A stretch of 64,000 bases of DNA from NCBI GenBank assembly GCA_964016885.1, contig OZ024760.1, positions 8,184,001-8,248,000 of the forward strand, in the 5' to 3' direction. The notes under the pieces are model-generated. The model worked only from the letters and a program-made list of their open reading frames with translations, searched no databases and had not been told where the DNA came from. The stretch is from Eledone cirrhosa (Eukaryota). Positions 52,093-64,000 of this stretch are shown one piece after another. Position 1 is the first letter of the stretch, and each line of letters begins with the position of its first letter. A program made the translations under genes and the position numbers.

Positions 52093-53020
52093 GTTTACTC
52101 CAAATTCTTGTTGAGTGCTTTATATCAGTTATAAAAATATTTGCTTATTGTATCCCAACAATTTAAATAGAACTTTTGCATATATATATATATATTTATT
52201 AAAATAACAGATTAAAGTTTAAGCAAAGAATCGCTGCTTTCACTATATTATTACTATATATATATATATAAAATTACTGGTTGATATATATATATCATCA
52301 TTTCACGTCCGCTTTTCCCTGCTTGCAAAGGTGGGACGGGTCCTATTAAGCACAGCATCTCTCCACTTGTCACGGTCCTTCGTCATCTCCATGAGTTTCA
52401 GCGATCTGAGGTCTGCTCTCACCACCTCCGCCCATGTTTTTCATGGTCTTCCTTCATATATATATATGAGAGAGAGGGGGGATATTCTCAAAGTCCCAAC
52501 AAAGCATGAAGCCACTTAATGTAAGGGACTATGAAGAAGGAGAAATTAAGACAAAAGGAATTAATTTACTTTAGATTTGAAAGAGTTCAGGTCATAAGAA
52601 GGAAAAGGAAAACAATGAGATGGAAGAATATTGATTTCTTTATTTATGTAGTTGGATATTGATTTCTTTATGAAATTAAAACATGGAAAATGTTTGTAAA
52701 TTTTAAGTTTAACAATACTATTGTTTCAGTCCATGTTTTGTTTGAGGATCGGCAGTATTGGCAGAGTTCAAATCCCGCGTGAGGTTAACTTTGCCTTTCA
52801 TCCTTACAGGATCAAAAAAATATTGAACTGCAGTAATTGCTGGCCTTGTGCCCAAAGTAGAAACAATTATATTTCTACTTATGAGAGAGTTGTAATCACC
52901 TGTGCAATACCGGGTAACTCAACGTATGTATAATAATCAGACGTTTCAAATCAAACAGACAAACTTCTATTGTAAAGATAAGGCATTTCATTCATGTCAT
53001 AACTTTTCCCATCAATGCCG

Positions 53021-55879
53021 TTATTTTTCTGTATCAATACAATTGTGTTTAGTTAAATGATGTTTCTGAGAGAAAGATTTACTACAGATATCACAGTGAT
53101 ATGGTTTCTCTCCTGTATGAATACGTAGGTGAATAGTTAGTACATTATTTTGAGAGAATGATTTACCACATATGTCACAGTGGTATGGCTTCTCTCCTGT
53201 ATGAATACGTTGGTGAATAGTTAAGCTACTTAACACAGAGAATGATTTCCCACAAATATCACAGTTATGTGGCTTTTCTCCTGTATGAATACGTAGGTGA
53301 ATAATTAAAGACCATTTTAGAGAAAATGATTTACCACAGATATCACAGTGATATGGCTTTTCTCCTGTATGAATGTGTTGGTGACTAATTAAATGCCATT
53401 TTTGAGGGAATGATTTACCACATATATCACAGTGATATGGTTTCTCTCCTGTATGAATACGTTTGTGAGTAGTTAGTGTATTATTTCGAGAGAATGATTC
53501 CCCACATATATCACAGTGGTATGGTTTCTCTCCTGTATGAATGCGTTTGTGTTCATTTATGTGACCCATTTGAGAGAATGATTTACCACAGACGTCACAG
53601 CGATATGGCTTTTTCCCTGTATGGATATTTTTGTGTTTAGATAAGCTGCTACTATAAGAGAATGATTTACCACAGATATCACAGTTATGTGCTTTTTCTC
53701 CTCTACGTATACATTTGTGAGTAATTAATCTACTTAACACAGAGAATGATTTACGACAGATATCACAGTTATGTGCCTTTTCTCCTCTACGTATACATTT
53801 GTGAGTAATTAATCCACTTAACACAGAGAATGATTTACCACAGATACCACAGACATGTGGTTTTTCTCCTGCATGAATATGTTGGTGACTAATTAAATGC
53901 CATTTTTGAGAGAATGATTTACCACAGATATCACAGAGATATGGTTTCTCTCCTGTATGAATACGTTTGTGAGTAGTGAGTGCATTATTTCGAGAGAATG
54001 ATTTACCACAGATATCACAGTGGAATGGTGTCTCTCCTGTATGAATATATTTGTGGCTACTTAGGCTACATGACTGAGAGAATGATTTACCACAGATATC
54101 ACAGTGGAATGGTTTCTCTCCAGTATGAACACGTTTGTGAATAATTAAATGACTTGTTTCAGAAAATGATTTACCACAGATATTACAACAAAATGGCTTC
54201 TCTCCTGTGTGAATGCGTTTGTGTCTATTTAAGTCACCACTCGTCGTGAAGGATTTACCACAGATGTCACAGTGATATGGCTTCTCTCCTGTATGAGAAC
54301 GTTTGTGTATTATTAAGCTGCTATTCTCAGAGAATGATGAACCGCAGATGTCACAGTGATATGGTTTCTCACCAGTATGAATACGATTATGTTTAGTTAA
54401 GCTGCTACTGTGAGAGAATGATTTACCACAGATATCACAGTGATAAATTATCTCTCCTGTATGAATACGTTTGTGTGTAGTAAGTTCACTGTTTCTAGAG
54501 AATGATTTACCACAGATATCACAATGATAAGGCATCTCTCCTGTATGAGTACGTTTGTGTGTAGTAAAGTCACTGTCTCCAGAGAATGATTTACCACAGA
54601 TATCACAGTGATAAAGCATCTCTCCTGTATGAGTATGTTTGTGTGTAGTAAGTTCACTGTTTCCAGAGAATGATTTACCACAGATGTCACATTGATATGG
54701 TTTTTCTCCTGTATGAGTACATTTGTGAGTAGTCAGTTTATTTTTTTTAGAGAATGATTTACCACATATATCACAGTGGAATGGCTTCTCTCCTGTATGA
54801 ATGATTTTATGTTCAGTTAAGTTACTATTATGAGAGAATGATTTACCACATATATCACAGTGATATGGCTTCTCTCCTGTATGAATACGTTTGTGAGTAG
54901 TTAGTGTATTATTTCGAGAGAATGATTCACCACATATATCACAGTGGTATGGTTTCTCTCCTGTATGAGTGCGTTTGTGTTCATTTATGTGACCTATTTG
55001 AGAGAATGATTTACCACAGACGTCACAGCGATATGGCTTTTTCCCTGTATGGATACTTTTGTGTTTAGATAAGCTGCTACTATAAGAGAATGATTTACCA
55101 CAGATATCACAGTTATGTGCTTTTTCTCCTCTACGTATACATTTGTGAGTAATTAATCTACTTAACACAGAGAATGATTTACCACAGATATCACAGTTAT
55201 GTGCTTTTTCTCCTCTACGTATACATTTGTGAGTAATTAATCTACTTAACACAGAGAATGATTTACCACAGATACCACAGACATGTGGTTTTTCTCCTGC
55301 ATGAATATGTTGGTGACTAATTAAATGACATTTTTGAGGGAATGATTTACCACAGATATCACAGGGATATGGTTTCTCTCCTGTATGAATACATTTGTGA
55401 GTAGTGAGTGCATTATTTCGAGAGAATGATTTATCACAGATATCACAGTGGAATGGTTTCTCTCCAGTATGAACACGTTTGTGAATAATTAAATGACTTG
55501 TTTCAGAAAAGGATTTACCACAGATATTACAACAAAATGGCTTCTCTCCTGTGTGAATGCGTTTGTGTCTATTTAAGTCACCACTCGTCGTGAATGATTT
55601 ACCACAGATGTCACAGTGATATGGCTTCTCTCCTGTATGAGAACGTTTGTGTATTATTAAGCTGCTATTCTCAGAGAATGATGAACCGCAGATGTCACAG
55701 TGATATGGTTTCTCACCAGTATGAATACGATTATGTTTAGTTAAGCTGCTACTGTGAGAGAATGATTTACCACAGATATCACAGTGATAAATTATCTCTC
55801 CTTTGTGAATACGTTTGTGTGTAGTAAGTTCACTCTTTCTAGAGAATGATTTACCACAGATATCACAGTGATAAGGCAT
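53021..55879 (-). CDS. C2H2 zinc-finger protein C (952 aa, 34 fingers); ancestral start at 55984 is blocked by an in-frame TAA
   Basis: Long intact finger array, paralogous to gene B including 5' and 3' flanks. Confidence 0.8.
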   Translation of the reverse strand: MPYHCDICGKSFSRKSELTTHKRIHKGEIIYHCDICGKSFSHSSSLTKHNRIHTGEKPYHCDICGSSFSENSSLIIHKRSHTGEKPYHCDICGKSFTTSGDLNRHKRIHTGEKPFCCNICGKSFSETSHLIIHKRVHTGEKPFHCDICDKSFSRNNALTTHKCIHTGEKPYPCDICGKSFPQKCHLISHQHIHAGEKPHVCGICGKSFSVLSRLITHKCIRRGEKAHNCDICGKSFSVLSRLITHKCIRRGEKAHNCDICGKSFSYSSSLSKHKSIHTGKKPYRCDVCGKSFSQIGHINEHKRTHTGEKPYHCDICGESFSRNNTLTTHKRIHTGEKPYHCDICGKSFSHNSNLTEHKIIHTGEKPFHCDICGKSFSKKNKLTTHKCTHTGEKPYQCDICGKSFSGNSELTTHKHTHTGEMLYHCDICGKSFSGDSDFTTHKRTHTGEMPYHCDICGKSFSRNSELTTHKRIHTGEIIYHCDICGKSFSHSSSLTKHNRIHTGEKPYHCDICGSSFSENSSLIIHKRSHTGEKPYHCDICGKSFTTSGDLNRHKRIHTGEKPFCCNICGKSFSETSHLIIHKRVHTGEKPFHCDICGKSFSQSCSLSSHKYIHTGETPFHCDICGKSFSRNNALTTHKRIHTGEKPYLCDICGKSFSQKWHLISHQHIHAGEKPHVCGICGKSFSVLSGLITHKCIRRGEKAHNCDICRKSFSVLSRLITHKCIRRGEKAHNCDICGKSFSYSSSLSKHKNIHTGKKPYRCDVCGKSFSQMGHINEHKRIHTGEKPYHCDICGESFSRNNTLTTHKRIHTGEKPYHCDICGKSFPQKWHLISHQHIHTGEKPYHCDICGKSFSLKWSLIIHLRIHTGEKPHNCDICGKSFSVLSSLTIHQRIHTGEKPYHCDICGKSFSQNNVLTIHLRIHTGEKPYHCDICSKSFSQKHHLTKHNCIDTEK

Positions 55880-56439
55880 CTCTCCTGTCTGAGTACGTTT
55901 GTGTATAGTAAAGTCACTGTTTCCAGAGAATGATTTACCACAGATGTCACAGTTGTATTATGCTTTTTCTATAACTTTTGACATTTTTTTTACAGGAAAA
56001 AACTATCAATCAATTACGTTTTCCCCATAATTCATTCTTTGATGATTTTTACTTCTGTCAACAATATATGGATATTTTTCTTGGTTTTGTTTATATAAGG
56101 TATTCTGAAATAATAAAGAAACATTATGAGATATAGAGATTATTTAAAAACTAAAGATACAATGGTGAACATTTTACTACATTTCCTTTTTGATAAACTA
56201 CAGATATAAATATTGAAACTTTACACATAAATATTTTACTATATAGACATATATATATTCATCTTTACAGATATAAATATTTTACTATATAGACATATAT
56301 AGATATTTATTTTTACAGATATAAATATTTTACTTTACAGATATAAATATCTAACATTAGAGACATATATATTTAACTTTACTTTTTAATTTGTTTCTTT
56401 ATACAAGTTTGTGGGAAGTCTACATATTTGTAACGTATA

Positions 56440-56945
56440 TCTACACCTTCAGATTATGTAACATTATATATATATATTAAACTACAGCTACAGATTATGT
56501 AACATTATATATATATTAAACTACAGCTATACCTCCAGATTATGTAACATTATATATATATTAAACTACAGCTATAGCTCCAGATTGTGTAACATTATAT
56601 ATATATTAAACTACAACTATAGCTCCAGATTGTGTAACATTATATATATATTAAACTACAACTATAGCTCCAGATTATGTAATATATATATATTAAAGTT
56701 CAAATCCCGCTGAGGTTAACTTTGCCTTCCATCCTTACGGGGTCGATAAAATAAAGTACCAGTAATGTACTGGGTAATTGCTGGCCTTGTGCCAAAAGTA
56801 GAAACAATTATATATATATATTAAACTACAGCTACACCTCCAGATTATGTAACCTTATATATATATATTAAACTACAGCTACACCTCCAGATTATGTAAC
56901 ATTATATATATGTTAAACTACAGCTACACCTCCAGATTGTGTAAC
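56440..56945. repeat. about 40-bp minisatellite (attaaactacagctacacctccagattatgtaacattatatatat) with a SINE fragment inserted
   Basis: Expanded relative to the 3 copies in the paralogous intron at 48395-48505. Confidence 0.75.
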
Positions 56946-57071
56946 TATATTTGTATATCATTATGTATGTATAGGTTGGATTGGCAGTATCGGCAGAGGG
57001 TCGGACGCCATACTTTCCAGCATAGTTACATCCCTTTACGATTTGAGTTCAAATGCCGCCGAGGTTAACTT

Positions 57072-58452
57072 CGGCACCACACTAAGAGAATACGAGGCAG
57101 TGACAGGAGCAATGATCAACCAGGAAAAGTCGGTGGGCCTGCAACTCAGCACCTGGAGAGGCAGGTCCATGCTGTCCAACAGCATTGACAGGAGCTGGTC
57201 GGACGGACCGGTTAAATTGCTAGGGGTCTGGTTCGGTCCGGACCTCCAGACGGACAAAAACTGGGACGAGGTGACGAGCAGGGTGGCCTCTCTCACCCAG
57301 AAATGGGCCGAGTGGAAGCTATTCCTGAAAGGTCGAGCGGAGGTGGCGAACGCATACATCGTGTCCGTCATCTACTACCGCCTGACCGTCGTGCCTTGTC
57401 CTAAGCTTCGCCTGACTGCGCTGGAGCGTTTGCTCTTTCACTTTTTGTGGAAGGGATGTGCTCCGATGGTTAGGTGGTCCATCTGCTGATGCGCTCAGGC
57501 TACGGCATCTCCACCTCTTCCTCGACAGTGATCAGGTGTGGTCGCCCTTTGCTAGACACGTGTTTCTCCAGCTCGTCTCCTTGACGGAGCTGCAGTCCTG
57601 GGTCAAGCGAAAACCGAGAGGGAAGGCTTGGAGACTGGAATGTCTTCAGGTGCTTACAGCCCTCGACCAGTCGAGCAATGCGATCGGTGGAAACTCCACC
57701 TTGGCGTTCTATAGGGGATTAGTGGAGGGAAAGGCGACGATGTCCTTGGGGAGACTCTGGGCGTCGACGAAAATCAACCAGTCAATCTCTTCGGGAGAAC
57801 TTTCAGGCCGGGGTCCATGGACAACTTCCAGAAACCGTCCTGCACGCACTCGTCCAGTGTCTGAGCATTGCTGACTTGTGGGTTTATGTCGAACACCTGC
57901 TGTCGCGTGTAGGACGGATCCGGCTTTCAGCTGAGTCCATCGTAAGGATTGCCCCGCCGCCTTCTTTTAGCTGGGAAGGGCAGGCAGTTTTTATCTGCCT
58001 GATAGCCATGGTAAAAGAGATCATATAGTGGACACGTCTGAAAGTGTTGAAGACGGGTACTTTCCTCTTCAGTGACGCCCTCATTAACTTTTTCAGGTTT
58101 CACCTGAAAAGAAAAATCAGGGTGGAGGGGAAGTGCTCTCTTCCCAGCATTTTGTTGAAAGATGGAGAGAGCCACGCATGTCCCGAGTAAATGGGCCTAA
58201 TCTGAGTATGCGCCTGTAAATTGAAGGTGGAAAACTGGGAGAGGGCACTTTCACCTGGTGGTTAGGCTTTTTTAATGGGCTTTCTCCACGAATGTCCCTC
58301 GGAAGTCTCCCCTCTATTGGGGAATTTTTTATTGTTTCTTTTTTAATTACATCTGTTTTTATTTTTTTTTACACGCAGAAATGCCTATTTGTACCATCTT
58401 GTGTTGTCCTTAATGTTTTACCTTGTATCAACCCTTGTGGTTAATAAAGAGA
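57072..58452 (+). mobile_element. L1/Tx1-clade LINE 3' fragment, degenerate
   Basis: YEAVTGAMINQEKS..LLGVWFG..NWDEV..LKGRAEVAN..FLWKG, followed by a T-rich 3' UTR with AATAAA. Confidence 0.75.
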
Positions 58453-58599
58453 GCATTATTAATATTCCTCATATAAGTGGTCACATCATCAGTATGCGAA
58501 ATGACATTGCTTCCACTATTACCATGATTATTATTGTTGTAGTTACTATCACTATGATAATAATAATAATTATTATTATTATCTGTATTACTAGAAGTA

Positions 58600-59065
58600 G
58601 AATTAATGGGCATTCTATTGTTTGTATCAAAGGAAGGTTTAATTTTAGAGAGCTTCCTGTGGTTACTGAGTGCTATGTGGTCCGCGAAGATTGGGGTTGT
58701 GGAGTAAGAGATTTTAATATTATTTTTGTTAAGGATCCTATTGTACTTATGGTTTGGTGGGAAGTTTTTCTCCAAGGTGCCGAAAAAGATTTTAGGTATA
58801 TTAGAGATATTTGTTTCTACTTTTAGGCACAAGGCCAGCAATTTCACAATTCATTACTGCTACTTTATTTTATCGACCACGTAAGGATGAAAGGCAAAGT
58901 CAACCTCGGTGGGATTTGATCTCAGATCGTAAAGGGACGTAACTATACTGGAAAGCATGGCGTCCGACCCTCTATCGATACTGCCAAATGCTTATATTTT
59001 AGGTATATTAGAGGTAATGCTCTTGGAGTACAGAGGAAGATACCATGAAATATTATGGCGGAGTC
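58600..59065 (-). mobile_element. Penelope-like element ORF relic interrupted by a SINE
   Basis: [48 protein letters not shown], resembling the PLE post-RT linker. Confidence 0.65.
58807..58995 (-). mobile_element. tRNA-derived SINE (family A) with 18-bp TSD
   Basis: TSD attttaggtatattagag at 58789-58806 and 58996-59013. Confidence 0.8.
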
Positions 59066-59181
59066 TTCTCTGTGGTGCCCTGAAGCTGACGCGTTCATTA
59101 ATGCCATAATGGGTATTATTTGTGCTGCTACCAAGACCGGACCCTTATTGTATCATTATTTTCGATATAAATCGTCTAGTG

Positions 59182-59316
<135 letters not shown>

Positions 59317-59331
59317 GTATATATATATATG

Positions 59332-59420
<89 letters not shown>

Positions 59421-60245
59421 GTGTGTGTATATATATATATATAATCCCATATATATTGTAAACGATAACAGTTTTCTATAATATTATACATCATTCACTA
59501 ATAAATATAGTGGTTCTCCAGTGTGATTATATTTGTGTGTGTATGCGTATAGTTGTTCAATATATGATGTATGTATACATCTACATTCGCTTCTTCGATA
59601 TTTTCCATTAGAGAACATTGTAGAAGCCAATCGATATAACAGAATGTTATGGTAATTTGTTAAATAGTTTTAGTTTTGGGGGAAGAAAAAAATATATCCT
59701 TGGACGACGTGTTGCCACCCCTGGAAATAATCAATAATTTAAGTTCGATACTGAATTAATTGCATGCTTTCTTATTTGATAGACTAAACTTTAATTTCAA
59801 GCTTACTTGTTACTTTACGTTAGGCAATCAACGCCACCACCAAAATTGGTGACCCTATAACTTGGAGATTGTCAAATATTCTAATATTTCAGTATTTAAA
59901 ACAACGAAGTACGATAGAATTATAAACATATTAAAAGTACTTACATGATGTTATCGTGACCTATGGTGTTCATAAAAGAGATTTAGAGGAGAAAATACCT
60001 CGAAGTTCACAAAGAAGTTACGAAGACATATTTTGAAAACTTAACATCAGTTTAGAGATTTATTTTAAGACGTATTTTCGTACTCAAGTTTTTTTAAAAC
60101 GACTCCTGAACTCTGCCGGTGTGTAAACGATAAAATATTGAATACAACTTCAATATAAGATTGGATGACAACAATATAATGACTGTATATCTATGACCAT
60201 ATATTTGTCTATATATATGTATGGTCATGTAAATCCTGATTGAGT

Positions 60246-62100
60246 TGTAAGGCTGTGGGGGCTCTGTCATGACATACGATGTGTGAGCACGAGAGGGACG
60301 GAGAGAAAGTGTTTGTATGGGGGCGGGGCTTTGTCACAATTGGAATGAGAAGGCTACTGCACTTACCACAATTCAGCTAGCTCACTCAGCGAGCCATGCC
60401 TCACCCACGTGGGTATAATCTGTTCGCCAAGTATAATCTGTTCGTCCGTCCGTCGCGTGTCACAGACGAAAGAGAGCCCACAGATGCGCCTGGGTACGCA
60501 TCTCACATCACTTCCTCCTCCGGTCAATCGTCCCCAACTTCTGGTCACCTCCTCCACACAATCCCCACACACCCCTGATCTCAAGGATCAATCTCCCCCT
60601 CACATTGCTTCATGTGATAATCTCCCATCCATCCAGGCGGTCGGCGATCTCGTTGCGATCTCCGTAATGTTGGGGCGGGGCTTTGAATTTCTTCTTCCTC
60701 GGAGTCCGTCGACACAACGATTCTACGGACATCCAGGATATGACATGGCACTCCGTCCACGGACACGTTATTCTGGGAATTTGCGGCCGTTAGCGATCCC
60801 TTTCCCCATTGAGATGTACAACGTGCGTCTGGGGGCTTAACCCAGACTTCTTCGCCCACCTGTACGAATGCGTTCTCTCTCTCCGCTGGCGATTGTGGTA
60901 CAGTGCACGGGTGCCGCCACTCGTATCTGTATATTGCTCTGTGTGGCACCGATTCCTCAACCTGTCCCACCCGAGGGGACATGTACCAAAACACTGCCTC
61001 CATTGATGAGATGTGCCCCCGCTCTGCCATTGCTTTGATTGTGCAGTGGTGTCAACCCACGATTCCATTTCCGCTCGGCCTGTATGCTGCTCTGAAGAAG
61101 TGGTCCACCTTCCACCCATCAAGCATCTTCCTCAGCGCCTCCGAGCGGAATACTGCGCTGTTGTCCATCACCAGTTCATCCACAGGGCCCTGCTCCAAGA
61201 ATATCTCTCTCAACGTCCATGTGATTTCCTCCGCAGTTCTCGTCTTCATTTCCCTCCATATCGCCATCTGTCCCGGTCCATAGTCAACCATCGAGAGGTA
61301 TGTTCCCTGTCGGTAGTGTGTTACGTCGACCGCCAATCGCTTCCAGTAGCGATCCACCGGGAGACTTCCCGTCTCGTGCACACCCGGGTCAGAATCGATA
61401 GACTGACATTGGACGCAGCCTCTAACCACTGTCTGGACACTGTGTCTGCTAACGTCAGAGTCGATTCTTCTGGCTAGGAACAGGGTCCTATCCACTCCCA
61501 AGTGGTGCATGTCATGCAACCCTTTAAGTTCCAATTCGCTCAGCCGACAGACAGCAGCTATCCCCTCTTCTACATCCTCCGGCGCTTCCATCCAGGCTTT
61601 CTTCACCCTGGTTAAAATGTCTGCTCTATTTTTCTCTGAGGGCACGAAGACCACACTCAACCTCAGGTCGAACTCGGCGGCCAACTCTCCTAGAGTTCTG
61701 AGGCGGTGCTTTATCAGCATTTCCGCCGCTCCTCTCGTTCGCACTCTCTTCTCACTGGTAAGCACTGATCTCACCCATCCAAGTGCAGTGGCTGAGTCGG
61801 TGTGAATCTCAATGGTGCGCAGTCCCCACCTCAAGGCGAGGTTCACCCCTCTCAACACTGCATCCAGCTCGGCCACATTGATGTGGTTGCAATCATCCTT
61901 CTTCCTGAGCCAGGCTGCATCCTCGACCTCGGCACCTATTTCCAGCGTGACATCTAACGCTATGCTGCTGGCATCACTCCATACGGTCCCGCTCTGCAAT
62001 TCGAGGACATACCAGCATCCTCGCACCGGGTCGTCGGCCTTCACCCTCCCCACGATCTCCTGCATCATGGCCACCGTCCTCATCTCCTGGGAGATGCTAA
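60246..62100 (-). mobile_element. 5'-truncated Gypsy-like LTR retrotransposon (RNase H, integrase, 3' LTR at about 60246-60569)
   Basis: SDASS, INVAELDAV, HTDS, NRADIL, H-H-C-C zinc knuckle, AVDVTH..MDNS..FRAAYRPSGNGIV. Putative LTR has TGT...ACA ends. Confidence 0.8.
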
Positions 62101-62389
62101 CCAACTTCTTTTATCAAAAGCTGGATTTGTTAATAATCTGATGTCACACAAACCAGAGAAATTGAGCCACTTGTGAGATGGTACTACTGCCAAGCACTCT
62201 ATGGTAGATTTGCAATGAGTGGAGCTTAAACTGCAAGACTGATCAGACATGGCAGGATGCATGAAGACACACTCCAGCTAGTATTGTGAGGAGACAGACA
62301 GTTCAAGTATCATAACTGTGAACATGCCTTTAAAACAAAGGTGGCATTGAAAGTTTTGAAAGCCAGCTAGGTCTTCCCGGAGGACAGAG

Positions 62390-63110
62390 TTGACGCAGCA
62401 GCACAGTGCAGAATGCCTTGCTATCCTCACTGAATTTGAGCAACTCTGTAGAGATCTCATCCAGCCTGCCTGCATTGCCATTCCTCAAGTCGTTGATCGC
62501 ATCTCTCATCTCTTGCTTGGTGATTTGGTCCTCGCAGACCATGAGTACCGCAGCGGTCTCTGTGGTCAAGTCTATCAGGGAGACTGGATTTGGTTGGTTC
62601 AGCGTCACCCAGAAGCGCTCCATCCATCTCTGGTCCTGTTCTGCTCTAGTGGTCAATGTCTAGCCATTTTTGTCCTTCACTGGCATGTTGGCACTGCTCA
62701 AATACCTCACGATGCCAAACAGTGTTTTCATGTCGTTCGGACCAGCTGCTTCCTCTGCCGCAGCACCTTTTTGCTCCAGCCAGACACGCTTGTCTTGCCG
62801 GCAGCTTCACTTTACTCGTCAGTCGATTTGGCGGTATGCGGCATCTCTTTTCCCTTGGTCTTCCTCCAATCTGGCAGAATCTTGCTCAACTTTCGCCTTC
62901 TTTTGTTCATCAATCAGGTCCCACGTTGGTACCTAGATCCATTGTTCTTTCCTCGTTCCTCACCTTCAGCCAACAGTTTCTTGTGCTGCTTCAGTCACTC
63001 CTGTCGCAAACACTGATCTTCCAGATCTGCAGGACTCTATTGTGCAGTGCCAGTTGCGCTTGACCAGGATCCTTCAGCTTCTCTACTGCATACGGTTTCG
63101 GTCTTTCTTT
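62390..63110 (-). mobile_element. RTE LINE relic (pre-RT region)
   Basis: EQDQRWMERF..LNQP..ITKQEMRDAINDLRNGNAGRLDEISTELLK. Confidence 0.7.
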
Positions 63111-63233
63111 AGGCGCAGCTGAAGTTCGGCACTCGGTAGGGGGGTGGTCTGAACCACATATACACATTCATCATCATCATCATCATCATTTTACATTCGC
63201 TTTTCCCTGATATATATATATATGTATACACAT

Positions 63234-63269
<36 letters not shown>

Positions 63270-63564
63270 GGAGGGAGGATATTCCCAAAGTCCCAAACAA
63301 AGTGTAGTGACCTACATTCTGCGGGCTCACATACATTCTCTGTGCGTGATTTGGCTCAGCTCAGCCAATCAGCGCCAGTAGAAGAGGATGTATCCCTACG
63401 CGTTCTGAGGGAGAAATAGCCCGCAAAGATTTGAGGACGCTATGACTTCCAGCTAGACCGTGCTTAGGTAAACACCACTTGTTCTTTTGCTCCGCCAGCA
63501 CAAACAATATGTAATGACACAACAATTTTACTATGGAATTGGCTAAACGCCTCAGCCAGTCGAC

Positions 63565-64000
63565 CACTTAATGTAAGGGACTATGAAGAAGGAGAAATTA
63601 AGACAAAGGGAATGAATTTACTTTAGATTTGAAAGAGTTCAGGTCATAAGAAGGAAGAGGAAAACAATGAGATGGAAGAATATTGATTTCTTTATTTATG
63701 TAGTTGGATATTGATTTCTTTATGAAATTAAAACATGGAAAATGTTTGTAAATTTTAAGTTTAACAATACTATTGTTTCAGTCCTTGTTTTGTTTGAGGA
63801 TCGGCAGGATTGGCAGAGTTCAAATCCCGCGTGAGGTTAACTTTGCCTTTCATCCTTACAGGATCAAAAAAATATTGAACTGCAGTAATTGCTGGCCTTG
63901 TGCCCAAAGTAGAAACAATTATATTTCTACTTATGAGAGAGTTGTAATCACCTGTGCAATACCGGGTAACTCAACGGATGTATAATAATCAGACGTTTCA
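63565..64000 (-). repeat. paralogous 3' flank of a fourth zinc-finger gene expected just beyond the window
   Basis: Near-identical to 52513-52948, the 3' flank of gene C. Confidence 0.8.

Overview
AT-rich, repeat-dense animal genomic DNA. The SINE families, TA/CA microsatellites and tandem single-exon [16 protein letters not shown] zinc-finger genes suggest a coleoid cephalopod such as Octopus (inference). The left half holds a complete minus-strand MTMR9 myotubularin pseudophosphatase gene that I reconstructed by hand: 14 coding exons from 33111 down to 2267, all GT-AG with consistent phases, 565 aa. Its introns are filled with satellites, SINEs, MITEs and LINE relics. The right half is a tandemly duplicated cluster of minus-strand C2H2 zinc-finger genes: three are present, plus the 3' flank of a fourth. 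They are interspersed with RTE, Tx1, RLE-type, Penelope, Gypsy and Helitron-like relics. The most unusual signal is a set of small, often palindromic, TA-microsatellite-associated elements carrying minimal type-I hammerhead-ribozyme-like cores. One is a 391-bp palindrome whose single arm mismatch falls exactly on catalytic G8. Other notable signals are an 88-bp hairpin array, an 8.3-kb AG-free polypyrimidine satellite abutting a splice acceptor, decoy copies of exon ends, and a codon-9 nonsense change in a 34-finger gene. All calls come from reading the sequence; no searches were run, and repeat boundaries are approximate unless stated.
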